A DNA stretch of 33,142 nucleotides, taken from positions 1 to 33,142 of IMG/VR virus record IMGVR_UViG_3300025381_000061; one strand, given 5' to 3'. Positions 1-9,161 of this stretch are shown in pieces; positions within the stretch are counted from its first letter, which is position 1; each line of letters starts with the position of its first letter. Source of the DNA: a virus. Its lineage: Duplodnaviria > Caudoviricetes. The notes under the pieces were generated by a model. That model ran no database searches, was not told the DNA's origin, and saw only the letters and a program-made list of their open reading frames with translations. The translations under genes were made by a program, and so were the position numbers.

Positions 1-253
1 CCCCAGTGGTCGGCAGATAGTTGGCAAACTGAGTCTGCGTCAGGTGGTAGTACTGATTCGACTGACCACCTTGAAGCCCGGCCAAGTTATTGTGCTGGAT
101 CGTGTTGCCAGCGCCGTTCTGGTTAATATACTGCGTGAGGTCGAGGAACCACTTGAGCCAGATCGGATTGAACTGACCTTTGTTGGTTTTTTCGTCAACA
201 TTAACCGGATCGGCGTAAGTTGGTGGCGGCTGAAAGACGGTTGGGTTGCTCAT
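1..253 (-). CDS. Virion tail protein (partial, runs off the left edge); occupies the P22 gp26 needle/fibre position
   Basis: ATG at 253 overlaps the stop of the upstream hub gene (ATGA); translates MSNPTVFQPPPTYADP...WLKWF...HNNLAGLQGGQSNQYYHLT; not in the ORF track. Confidence 0.75.
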   Translation of the reverse strand, partial: MSNPTVFQPPPTYADPVNVDEKTNKGQFNPIWLKWFLDLTQYINQNGAGNTIQHNNLAGLQGGQSNQYYHLTQTQFANYLPTTG

Positions 254-2043
254 AGCGTCCCAAGATCGATCTGCATCTCCACAGCCTGGATGCGAAGCGG
301 TGCGCTGGTCGCCTGCCTAAAGTGGTAGGCCCGGCGACGGAATGTGCCGCAGTCAGTCAGCATAGGACGAGTTTTGCTCATGTCCACCGTCCTGAAGTTG
401 CTCCAGGTCTGGTAATCATCGTCCGAGTAGCGCACCTGCACCACGCTGCCGTTGGTCTGGTCGCCAATGAAGTCCATGATCTTAATGTACTTGCGCTTGC
501 GAGTGCCGCCGTCATAGTTCGGGGTGTACACGTCAAACGTGATGGTTTTGCCATCGTCGGTCGTGTTGGTGATCTCTAGCTCGTACATTTTGCCGTTGGT
601 GGCGTGCTGAAAGATCGCTTGGTTGTCCGACACTGTGTAGGTGGACGAGATAAAGGGTAGGTAATTGCCCTGATAGTCGGTCCACTGATACCACTGACGA
701 CTTGTCAAATCAAAAACCAAAGACAAGTTGGAGTTGACCAAGGTCACGCAGTAGAACCGGTGGCCACCGACCCGAGCGCACCACGAGTAAACGGTGGTGT
801 AGTCAGCCTGCTGTAAGAGCCGGTCAATTGGTGGTGTCGAGATCTGGCTGGCCTTCAGGTTGTCCATCATGTAGACCGAGTTACCACCATCTTTGGCGCT
901 CGAGATCCAAAAGAGTGACCCTTCCATCGATGCCACGCTGCCAGCGCTGCGGCAGCCGACGCTCAGCTTACCGCCCTGCACGGGACCCAGCGGTGAGCCT
1001 GATGCGTTGCCAGCGTCGTAGAAGATCTCAATTGAGTAGCTCTTCATGGCGATGATGTAGACCAGCTGCTTGGCCAAGAACACAGCAGGGTCAGCCTCGA
1101 TCTGCGCCACAAGGTAATTGCCATCGGGCCAGACTTGCGGGTTGTTGGTGTCAGACGACCAGATGGCCGCTTTCTTGGTCATCACGTTGATGTAGCCATC
1201 AAGGTAAGTCACGCCAGGAACCTGGTTGGTCGGGAAGTTGGCGCTGACGGTGATGGGCTGCGCCGTGCCGGTGGCCGTGGCGCTGTTGTTCAACGTGACC
1301 TGTGTGCTGCTGTCGATCGAGGTGATGTAGGTCAATGCAGGCAGGTTAGCGCTGACCACCGCCATGCCCACGGTCAAACCGGTTGTGTTGGGGCTGATGG
1401 CAGTGATTTGAAGCGATCCGCTGGTCGTTGTGCCGGTGACATAGAGATCAGCAGTGAACGAGATCGCTGTGCCGGTTGCCGTGGCTGCGGCGCTCAGGGT
1501 AACTGTTCCGCTTCCCACACTCGAGATGGTCGTATTGGTCGGCACGTTTAGACCATTGACGCCTTGACCGGCCACCAAGCCTGTGGTGCTCGAGACAGAT
1601 GTGATGACGTTTGACCCGCTGGTCGTGTTGCCGGTGAACATGACCGTGGTGGTCAGCTGGATCTGCACCAGACCGTTCAGTGGGTCGTAAGTGTAGCCGT
1701 AGGTTCCATTTTGGAGCACCAGCTTAGGCGTCGCACCCAAGCAGGACGCGAATGTGTAGACACCGGACGTGTCGACAGTGCCGGAAATGGCCACGCCGTC
1801 CTTGTACAACTTGTTGCCAAAGATCGTGTAAAGGCTGCCGTTCCAGTTGTACGAGCCCAAGCCGGCAGCTGCTGTGGAGATGCTGCCAGCCGCGTAGTAA
1901 GAGAACCCAGGGCGCTTGTAGACCTCAATCTCGCCGTTGGACCCTTGCTCCACGTAGCCATTGATGATTTTGGCGTCGCGGTCGGTGGTCTCGTCCCGGT
2001 TCGAGGGTTTGACGGCTAACGGCAAGCGTTGTGGTTCGCCCAT
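250..2043 (-). CDS. Tail hub / packaged-DNA stabilisation protein (P22 gp10-like) with two inserted beta-rich repeats
   Basis: N-terminal VYKRPG, DGY..., SIEIFYDAG, FDLTSRQW and C-terminal YSDDDYQTWS...CGTFRRRAYHF motifs typical of gp10-like proteins; follows the gp4-like gene. Confidence 0.8.
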   Translation of the reverse strand: MGEPQRLPLAVKPSNRDETTDRDAKIINGYVEQGSNGEIEVYKRPGFSYYAAGSISTAAAGLGSYNWNGSLYTIFGNKLYKDGVAISGTVDTSGVYTFASCLGATPKLVLQNGTYGYTYDPLNGLVQIQLTTTVMFTGNTTSGSNVITSVSSTTGLVAGQGVNGLNVPTNTTISSVGSGTVTLSAAATATGTAISFTADLYVTGTTTSGSLQITAISPNTTGLTVGMAVVSANLPALTYITSIDSSTQVTLNNSATATGTAQPITVSANFPTNQVPGVTYLDGYINVMTKKAAIWSSDTNNPQVWPDGNYLVAQIEADPAVFLAKQLVYIIAMKSYSIEIFYDAGNASGSPLGPVQGGKLSVGCRSAGSVASMEGSLFWISSAKDGGNSVYMMDNLKASQISTPPIDRLLQQADYTTVYSWCARVGGHRFYCVTLVNSNLSLVFDLTSRQWYQWTDYQGNYLPFISSTYTVSDNQAIFQHATNGKMYELEITNTTDDGKTITFDVYTPNYDGGTRKRKYIKIMDFIGDQTNGSVVQVRYSDDDYQTWSNFRTVDMSKTRPMLTDCGTFRRRAYHFRQATSAPLRIQAVEMQIDLGTL

Positions 2044-2052
2044 CACTCATCC

Positions 2053-2790
2053 TTATCTGAAGCTTGACACAGCGTAACCGGTACGCTGATCCGGTGCGAA
2101 GCTGGTCGGTGCATCTTCCACGTCCCAGTCCTCGAGCATCATGCGGAATTGATTGGCACGACGCTCACACCGGTCCATGATAGCCTGTGGCTGACCAGTT
2201 GCCAACTCATCCGCGAGACCCCAGCGCAGACCCATAGCCCACTCAGTCGGGAAAGCCATGTCGTCAGTCAAACTGACCATGTTGGCCACTTGGGTCTGCG
2301 TGACAAGGTGAGCCTGGCCGGTGGCGGCGTTGGCGTCAGGAATCAGCCAGAACGAGACCTGCAACTGGTACTGCTGCTTGTTGACGAAGTACGAGTTAAG
2401 CTGGCCCTGCTGGTTGACCTGGGACAAGGTGACCCAGTCATGCCATGATAATGGGATCAGGGGACGGCGCACTTGGGTCTGATCAAGGTAGTAAGCCTCG
2501 ATGATCCGGGTGGGCTTGGTCAAATAGCCCGTGCTGACGCTGCCGTTGGGGTAGGTCGGGGTGTAGGTGGCTTGGCCAGGGATCAATGTGATGGCGATGT
2601 CTTCAATCAACCAGAGCTTGAGCCCCTGCGTCTGCCACAAGTTGGCTACGTCATTCATGCGAGTCAGCCCATCGGCGTATTGTTCGCTCGTGGGCTGGTC
2701 GCCGTCTTGAATGAGCCCGGCGTCTTTGTACGCCATGCGGATGATCCGCTGGGCCGTGAGGTAGTTGGTTTGTGGGGTAGGGGTGCTCAT
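2053..2790 (-). CDS. Head-tail adaptor (P22 gp4-like)
   Basis: TAQRIIRMAYKDAG...GLTRMNDVANLWQTQG and FPTEWAMGLRWGLADEL motifs; start reassigned to ATG 2790, which overlaps the upstream stop. Confidence 0.75.
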   Translation of the reverse strand: MSTPTPQTNYLTAQRIIRMAYKDAGLIQDGDQPTSEQYADGLTRMNDVANLWQTQGLKLWLIEDIAITLIPGQATYTPTYPNGSVSTGYLTKPTRIIEAYYLDQTQVRRPLIPLSWHDWVTLSQVNQQGQLNSYFVNKQQYQLQVSFWLIPDANAATGQAHLVTQTQVANMVSLTDDMAFPTEWAMGLRWGLADELATGQPQAIMDRCERRANQFRMMLEDWDVEDAPTSFAPDQRTGYAVSSFR

Positions 2791-3068
2791 AGTACGACCA
2801 CCTGTGCGTTGACGGGAACTGCTTGGCTGAACGTGATTGTAGTGTCGTTCGTTCGAGTGTAGCTTTGCCCGTAGATCTGGAAGATCCCGTTGATGAACAC
2901 TTGACCCACCACAGTCGAGGGCACAGTGAATACGGTCTGTCCTGAAGTGGCCGTAAAGACTGTAGGAGCGGTAGATCCGCTGATTGCCTGAGTCACTGCG
3001 TTTAGCCACGCAGCTGACACCGGGGGTCCTACAAGGTCAACATACGTAACGTTTAGAGGGTTGCTCAT
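2787..3068 (-). CDS. Small virion adaptor protein (anchor peptide plus one TATxGQTxF...VFING docking-type domain)
   Basis: 93 aa; AAGGA RBS; SAAWLNAV resembles the N-terminus of the 603-aa tailspike. Confidence 0.6.
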   Translation of the reverse strand: MSNPLNVTYVDLVGPPVSAAWLNAVTQAISGSTAPTVFTATSGQTVFTVPSTVVGQVFINGIFQIYGQSYTRTNDTTITFSQAVPVNAQVVVL

Positions 3069-3079
3069 GGTGTTGTCCT

Positions 3080-4612
3080 TTACATTGTTTCCACGGTGAA
3101 ATCATCTAAATACAAGCTGCCACTAAAAGCATACAAATTAAAAGCAATAAAGAAATAATTTGCCCATGACGGTACAACTCTATCCATTCCAGATGATAAC
3201 TGCGTCCAGTCAATAGGTGAACCAGAATTTCCGATTCCAAACGTATCAAAAGTTACTGAATTTCCAATTGACGGGATACCGCTTGACAAAGGCCCGTTAA
3301 CCAAACAAGCTCCAGAGGTCACATAACATTGACCAGATGCAGCAGGAAATTTGTACCAACCAGTAAACGCTGCCCTAGAAAAAGGATTAACTGGTACTAC
3401 TAAAATAAATGAGCCATTTGATGCACCACTTGTTTTAGTGATTTTTAATGACTGCGTCCCACCATGTGAGTATGTAGAACTTATAGCTAATGCTATGTTT
3501 GAACCAGTAAAACGATTTGTAATTGCTGCCGTATCACTATTTATTGACCACCAATCAGCAATGGACGCAGTTTCAAACCCACTATCAGATAACTTATTGT
3601 TGGCAACAGGAGATATTTTGGATGGCAAATATGAAACGCCGTAAGAACGCACTTCAGAAACTTGCACAGTACCATTGCCAGAATCCAAAACATTATTAGT
3701 GTTTTGAAGATTGAACATGAAAGCATCATTGATAACAACAGATGAGGAATCTGTGTTAAAAAAGCCATTTTGTGCTAATGCGCCAACACTTCCATTCTGT
3801 TGCAATCTTCCGCCAAACATCGACAATGTTGAATTGTTAGACAGACTAGCAACAACATTTCCCGAGCCAGCATCATTACATTCCCACCAAGTGCTATGCA
3901 GTTCAGTAACGCTATTGTTTGTCGCAACTAATGATTTAGTGTTGTAATCTAAAGAACAATTTGTTAACTGAAGTGCACCTGTATTGCAATTGTTGGAAAT
4001 ACCAAGCACATTGTCATAGATAGCACAATTTACAAATGATATGCGTTCACCATAATTTGAGCCACCAGAAATAATGTATACACCAATTGCACATTGCCCA
4101 ATGTTTACATTGATGTAAGACTGAATATATCCACCACTATAAATAGTAATTCCATAACCAAAGCCGTACACAATGCAGTTCATTACTGAAATATGTGCAG
4201 TATTTGCTTTTAAACCAACAGTTGTCGTTCCTGCCGCTGCACCACCGCCAGCTTTGCCATTTCCTAGCAAAATAAGACCATCAATTTTTTGTGCAATTGC
4301 ACTTGGTGAAGTAAGATCAGATGGTGTTAAAGTTGATGTATTGGTTAAATTTATAGCAACTTGCGTTCCTGTGATACTACTAAAATCCAATATCGCATTG
4401 TCACCTAGCAAAGACTGATTCCCAAGATTAACAGTTATGCCAGGACTGCAAAGATATGTACCTTGAGGAATGTAAACAGTTTGGTTGGTTGCCAAAGCCG
4501 CACTCAAAGCTGTGTAGTTAGCCGCCGCTGTTCCGCTTGTAGAAAAGCCATAATCAAGGGCATTTACATAAGCACCGTTGATCATTGAATAAGAGACTTT
4601 GGTCAAAGACAT
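3080..4612 (-). CDS. Tailspike / depolymerase: right-handed beta-helix with C-terminal carbohydrate-binding-like domain
   Basis: VNALDYG...TVYIPQGTY pectate-lyase-3-like start, Asn/Gly/Ile ladder, C-terminal SGFET...HGGTQSLKIT...LYLDDF. Confidence 0.85.
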   Translation of the reverse strand: MSLTKVSYSMINGAYVNALDYGFSTSGTAAANYTALSAALATNQTVYIPQGTYLCSPGITVNLGNQSLLGDNAILDFSSITGTQVAINLTNTSTLTPSDLTSPSAIAQKIDGLILLGNGKAGGGAAAGTTTVGLKANTAHISVMNCIVYGFGYGITIYSGGYIQSYINVNIGQCAIGVYIISGGSNYGERISFVNCAIYDNVLGISNNCNTGALQLTNCSLDYNTKSLVATNNSVTELHSTWWECNDAGSGNVVASLSNNSTLSMFGGRLQQNGSVGALAQNGFFNTDSSSVVINDAFMFNLQNTNNVLDSGNGTVQVSEVRSYGVSYLPSKISPVANNKLSDSGFETASIADWWSINSDTAAITNRFTGSNIALAISSTYSHGGTQSLKITKTSGASNGSFILVVPVNPFSRAAFTGWYKFPAASGQCYVTSGACLVNGPLSSGIPSIGNSVTFDTFGIGNSGSPIDWTQLSSGMDRVVPSWANYFFIAFNLYAFSGSLYLDDFTVETM

Positions 4613-4626
4613 AATTGTTCCTTAAA

Positions 4627-4971
4627 TTAAGCAGTTGCCCAAGGCAAAGCAGGTTTAATTACAGTAGGGTTAATTTGAGCAGCTAAGTCAGCATTGATAG
4701 CTGATTCAATAGCTTCTTGATTGACACCATTAGACCAGCACCAGCCAATCACTTGAGCTTTAGTAAGTTGAGCAAAAGGCGTAAAAGAACCATTAACTTC
4801 TGGTTCTGGAAATGTGCAACTACTGTAAATGCTGCTGTTAAATTCTTTATTGTTAACAATTTCAGAACCAGTAGCACGCCATCCAGCGGTCAGAACCACT
4901 TGAGTAAAACCATTGATGGTTTGAGTTGATTGTTCAAGCCAATCAATAGTCCAGTTGATAGTAGCCGCCAC
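4627..4971 (-). CDS. Tail-fibre-associated small protein (possible assembly chaperone)
   Basis: 114 aa, FTPFAQLTKAQVIGW...LPW pattern commonly found downstream of tail fibres; GTG start with GAAAGG RBS. Confidence 0.65.
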   Translation of the reverse strand: MAATINWTIDWLEQSTQTINGFTQVVLTAGWRATGSEIVNNKEFNSSIYSSCTFPEPEVNGSFTPFAQLTKAQVIGWCWSNGVNQEAIESAINADLAAQINPTVIKPALPWATA

Positions 4972-4989
4972 GATTAACCTTTCAATTGA

Positions 4990-6225
4990 TTAGGGGTGAG
5001 ATGCTTTGTAAGCATCAAATTCTGCTTTAAGTTCTTTGATTGCAGCAACCAAAAGCGGGATTGTGTCGGTATACGACAAACTTAAAGTACCAATTTTATC
5101 TTCGTTCACTTTAATTGCTTCTGGCAAAACTGCATTGACATCTTGTGCAATTAAAAATGGTCTGCGGACACCATCTGCATCAGTTTTGTATTTCCCTATA
5201 ACAGTACGCAGCGTTGAAACTTTGTTAACAGCATTGGTAATAGGTTCAATAATGTCTTTAATTCTTTCATCAGAAAAAGAAGACCAACTGTTGCCGTTTT
5301 GATATAAAACAACACCCGCAGTTCCACCACCAGAATAAACACTTGTATTACCGTTATTGTTTGATATAACAAACTGTTTTCCAGAATCGTTATATGAATT
5401 TATTGCTATTGCGCTTGTTTGACCGCCACCACCAAAAACGGCTGTGGCATTTGCTACGGTATAGACTGTTGCGCTGCCATAGGTCTGTACAACACCAGAA
5501 GAGTTAATAGTAAATCTAAGCGCAGAATTTGCCCAATCATAAATTTGAAAGTTTAAACCTGTTCCTCCTGTTGTAATGTTGTTGCCAATAAGCCAACGGT
5601 TTCCAGATGAGCCTACAAGTTGAATTTGAATGTTGTCGTCAGAACTGTTTGAATTTTGTAGTCTTAATAAACTAGCAGTAGCTCCGCTAGCGTGAATAAG
5701 TGCGCTAGGGCTATTAGTACCGAGGCCTAAATAATTTGCGCTTGTAAGGCGCATACGTTCAGAAAATGATTCAGAACCTTGTGAACCTGTGTATGTATAA
5801 AAAGCAATACCAGTTCCAGATAAGCTGGTTATTGCACCACCACCGCCAGCAGCAGTACCAAATTGAAAACCACCACCAGCAGAATTTACAGCAGAAAATC
5901 CAACAGAGGTTCCGCTAGAGCCTGTTGTTGTACCAACAAGCAATTGGCTTCCCGTAAATTGTAAAACAGACCCCGTAGCAAGCGAACTTGTAGAGTTTGC
6001 ATAAACTACACCACCAGAAGTAAAGCTGGTCAATCCTGTACCGCCATTAGCACCAGAAAGAGGTGTAGTTGTCAAAGACAATGACGCTGCACTTACAGCT
6101 CGACCAGCCGTTAAGTTAGCTACGCTAACGCTATCAGTTACACCAGACTGATTGATTGGCACAATTTCACTACCCGACAATGGAGTAGTGGCTGACGATA
6201 ACGCTGATATTTTGGTGTTAGCCAT
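4990..6225 (-). CDS. Tail fibre with C-terminal intramolecular chaperone (peptidase S74)
   Basis: Gly/Ser/Thr-rich body, ERMRLTS..LGLGTNSP repeat, SDERIK cleavage motif, LIAQDVNAVLPEA...LVAAIKELK. Confidence 0.9.
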   Translation of the reverse strand: MANTKISALSSATTPLSGSEIVPINQSGVTDSVSVANLTAGRAVSAASLSLTTTPLSGANGGTGLTSFTSGGVVYANSTSSLATGSVLQFTGSQLLVGTTTGSSGTSVGFSAVNSAGGGFQFGTAAGGGGAITSLSGTGIAFYTYTGSQGSESFSERMRLTSANYLGLGTNSPSALIHASGATASLLRLQNSNSSDDNIQIQLVGSSGNRWLIGNNITTGGTGLNFQIYDWANSALRFTINSSGVVQTYGSATVYTVANATAVFGGGGQTSAIAINSYNDSGKQFVISNNNGNTSVYSGGGTAGVVLYQNGNSWSSFSDERIKDIIEPITNAVNKVSTLRTVIGKYKTDADGVRRPFLIAQDVNAVLPEAIKVNEDKIGTLSLSYTDTIPLLVAAIKELKAEFDAYKASHP

Positions 6226-8036
6226 TATTGTGCCGCCAAGTAGCTGCCAGAAATGTAAAACTTAGATGTTGAGCCTATGTTGCTGTTAGTGATGGACGAT
6301 TGCGTTCCACCTGTATCAGTAACCAAAGCAATTGAGCTGCTATTGTCATTGATAAACCAACCAAGCACACCCGTGTATGTGCAGTTAATAGCTTGGACAG
6401 GGCCAGTTGCTCCATACACACCAGTTGCAACAGATGCAGCATCAGGCATACTTCCTAAATTAACTGATACCGAACCTGTACCACTAACAGAACCATTCAA
6501 TTGAATTGTTATGTCAAAGAAAATTCGTTTGCCAACTCGGGTATAAAAACCTTCTTGAATGTTATACGCTGACTGTACTGTGCTACCAACTGATATGGTT
6601 GGGGTAAACGAGCCTGTAATTCCGTAAATACTATCGACATTGCCAATTGTTTGTGCGGTTACTGAGTTTGCATTTCCAAGAAAAATTGAACCATACACCG
6701 CTTGGTTGTTTGATACTACATTGGTGTTTGGTGCATATATAGCATAGCCATTAGTAATGCCTGAAGTTTGGTCAATGTAATTGTTTGAAATCAAATTTGA
6801 GCTGTAACTAACAAGCATTTGGTGAACACCACTTGCCGTGTTAGAAGCATTGCAACCATATATGTAATTGTTAGAGATTACAGAGTTGTTGTAGTCCAAA
6901 GCCATGCCTGATTGCTGGCAGTTTCTAGCATTGTTTCCAACAAATTGAACAAACGAACCATCAGCATAAAAGCCTGTACCATGATTGCCATAAGTCATGT
7001 TGCCAATGACTTGATGACGTGCATCAATAGTTCCAGTATGAGGATAGTCCGAACTTAAATCAAACCCATCGTAATACTGAAACATAGTTGTATTGCCAAT
7101 GAACTGCATGTGATAGCAACGGGCATCTACGCCAGCAGTCGTACCTTGGTAGGTTTTGATGCCCGATTCACCGCAATAAGAAATAATGTTGCCTTGGGCT
7201 AAACCATCAAAGTTTCTGGCAAACGTGATACCTGAATAGCTTGCGTAAGTAATGTTGTTGTTGATCGCAGCGTTGCGCTCGCCTTGCTGATTGTTAATGT
7301 TCCAAAAAACAATACCACCAACATCAGCAGCACCCCCTTGGAATGTGCAATCTCGAACTGTTGAGTAAGTTGCATCATGGATGCTAATAGTTACAAACAA
7401 ACCATAAATGCGACTTACATTAATGTTTGTTGCATTGCCGCCAAAATAAATTACAGGGCCGATTGACGTATAAGTAGGTGTCGGAGAAAGATCATTGTCA
7501 TTTACCGTTGGTTGATACCCTGCATGACTACCAGCACTTGACGTATACGGTGTTGGATTAGATGCCCAAGTTGTTGTATTACGGCTAATGATTGAGGGCC
7601 ATGTAATGCTTTGCAAATATAAGTTATCAATGCTTGAGTTATTTCCAGAAGTTACATTGATAACAGTTGAATCATTTTTAATGATAGATTCAGCGCCAAC
7701 CCCACGCCAAACCACGGTTCCTGTGTAGGTAACTGAAGAAAGCATTTTGTAAGTGCCAGCAGGGAAGAACACGGGTTTACCCGTATTGGTAGCAGCTTGA
7801 ATAGCTGAAGTGCTATCGCTTAAACCTGTAGGGTCAGCGCCAAAATCCAAAACACTTACAGACTCTTGCAACTTAGCTTGAACCGTAGTGGTTACTGCGC
7901 CTGTGCCGCCTTCGTTGTACTGAATGCCTGCTGCGGCAAGCGGTGTGGGGAAGTTGCCGTTGTAAACGGCGTCGTTGACGTCGTTCAGCCAGGACGAAGC
8001 GATGATGGTTCCGCTGTTGAAAACTGTTGAGCTCAT
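6225..8036 (-). CDS. Tailspike / depolymerase (beta-helix) with N-terminal virion anchor
   Basis: TVQAKLQESVSVLDFGADPTG.SDSTSAIQAA...VFFPAGTY; beta-helix repeats; C-terminal YTRVGKRIFF fibre-tip-like domain. Confidence 0.88.
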   Translation of the reverse strand: MSSTVFNSGTIIASSWLNDVNDAVYNGNFPTPLAAAGIQYNEGGTGAVTTTVQAKLQESVSVLDFGADPTGLSDSTSAIQAATNTGKPVFFPAGTYKMLSSVTYTGTVVWRGVGAESIIKNDSTVINVTSGNNSSIDNLYLQSITWPSIISRNTTTWASNPTPYTSSAGSHAGYQPTVNDNDLSPTPTYTSIGPVIYFGGNATNINVSRIYGLFVTISIHDATYSTVRDCTFQGGAADVGGIVFWNINNQQGERNAAINNNITYASYSGITFARNFDGLAQGNIISYCGESGIKTYQGTTAGVDARCYHMQFIGNTTMFQYYDGFDLSSDYPHTGTIDARHQVIGNMTYGNHGTGFYADGSFVQFVGNNARNCQQSGMALDYNNSVISNNYIYGCNASNTASGVHQMLVSYSSNLISNNYIDQTSGITNGYAIYAPNTNVVSNNQAVYGSIFLGNANSVTAQTIGNVDSIYGITGSFTPTISVGSTVQSAYNIQEGFYTRVGKRIFFDITIQLNGSVSGTGSVSVNLGSMPDAASVATGVYGATGPVQAINCTYTGVLGWFINDNSSSIALVTDTGGTQSSITNSNIGSTSKFYISGSYLAAQ

Positions 8037-8452
8037 GGTTGGTATCCTACTGTGGCGCAGTCAGCAGAACCGTAGTCTGCTGTACCCCAAGCGCCTTGTA
8101 AAGTGCAAAATGACGGGTATGTGCCTTGCGGCCCCGGAACGTATTGAAAATCTTTACCGGCGATCATACAGCCTGGATAGGCCAGGCCAGGCATCGCAGA
8201 GATGCCCTGCATCGTGCACACCAGCACGAATGCGTCGCTCTGAGGCTGTGCCCAAGGCACAGTCTGATTGTCGGGCAGGCCGCGGACAAAGTCCTGTGGC
8301 TGGCGCTCTTCCCAGTGCTCTGGACAAACGTAGTACCCCTGCCAGTACTTCTTGAGCTGCGAAGCCTTCCGCTTCGCGCCACACTCGAAGCAGACGGCGT
8401 TGTAATCCCCTAGACGGAGATAATCAGCTTCACCACGGCCAGGAGCTGCCAC
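8033..8452 (-). CDS. Cys-rich (CxxC) hypothetical virion-module protein
   Basis: CFECG...YVCPEHWEERQPQ; coupled to both neighbours. Confidence 0.7.
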   Translation of the reverse strand: MAAPGRGEADYLRLGDYNAVCFECGAKRKASQLKKYWQGYYVCPEHWEERQPQDFVRGLPDNQTVPWAQPQSDAFVLVCTMQGISAMPGLAYPGCMIAGKDFQYVPGPQGTYPSFCTLQGAWGTADYGSADCATVGYQP

Positions 8453-8453
8453 A

Positions 8454-8798
8454 TTACACGCCCATTAAGCAGGTCGTAGCAGCGGTCGCAGCGGTCGTTC
8501 TGCACCGCACGTAACGCCAAGCGCTACCACCCGAGTTTTCAACAATTGCGCCACTGCCTGCGCCAGCAAGAGTGATCGTGCTCGAGGCAGTCGTGCCGGT
8601 GATAGGACACCAGTTGGTGTTGTCAAGCGAGCCTTCGATCACTGCGGTGGCCGCAGCAGCCGAAATCAGCTGGAACACGCAGATGATCGAGTCTTTGTAA
8701 ATGCTGTTGCCGGTAGCAGGTGCGCTGATGCTCAGATCACCGCTGCTGTCCATGGGCATGTGTCGGGGCGATGTGCCGCCAATGAGAGTTACGTCCAT
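8454..8798 (-). CDS. Hypothetical structural protein
   Basis: 114 aa; IEGSLDNTNW...WRYVR pattern; AAGGA RBS. Confidence 0.7.
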   Translation of the reverse strand: MDVTLIGGTSPRHMPMDSSGDLSISAPATGNSIYKDSIICVFQLISAAAATAVIEGSLDNTNWCPITGTTASSTITLAGAGSGAIVENSGGSAWRYVRCRTTAATAATTCLMGV

Positions 8799-8807
8799 GA
8801 TGATTCC

Positions 8808-9149
8808 TTAAATTCCCATTTTTGTGCAATCAAGCACCAAGTGAAACGCACCTTCGCCTGACACCTCGAGCCACAGCGATTGATTCTGTGAGCTCGGCTG
8901 CAAGCTGTCGAACTGATAATAGTTCAACAGGCCACGACCCTCGACCGGCAAGACCAGACCGTCATCAGTCCAACCAAACCGGACCTTGACGCCGCTTTCG
9001 CAAGCGTACTGGATCTGATCCAGCTTGATACCGGTTGGGTTGTCCTGGAGGTGCTCACGGCCAAGGATCACGGTTTGTTCAACCGGACCTTCGCCCCACA
9101 CCATCATCACGGTGTTTTTCTTGCCGTCACGAGTGATCTTTGTTTGCAC
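8808..9149 (-). CDS. Hypothetical structural protein
   Basis: 113 aa, in-operon spacing, GTG start. Confidence 0.65.
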   Translation of the reverse strand: MQTKITRDGKKNTVMMVWGEGPVEQTVILGREHLQDNPTGIKLDQIQYACESGVKVRFGWTDDGLVLPVEGRGLLNYYQFDSLQPSSQNQSLWLEVSGEGAFHLVLDCTKMGI

Positions 9150-9161
9150 TTGGATTCTCGA

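Noticed and set aside
2791-3009. N-terminal extension of the gp4-like ORF to 318 aa
   Set aside because: Overlaps the 93-aa gene in another frame; ATG 2790 gives normal ATGA coupling.
3080-8036. Diversity-generating retroelement or invertible tail-fibre switch
   Set aside because: No reverse transcriptase, invertase, TR/VR pair or inverted crossover sites seen in the window.
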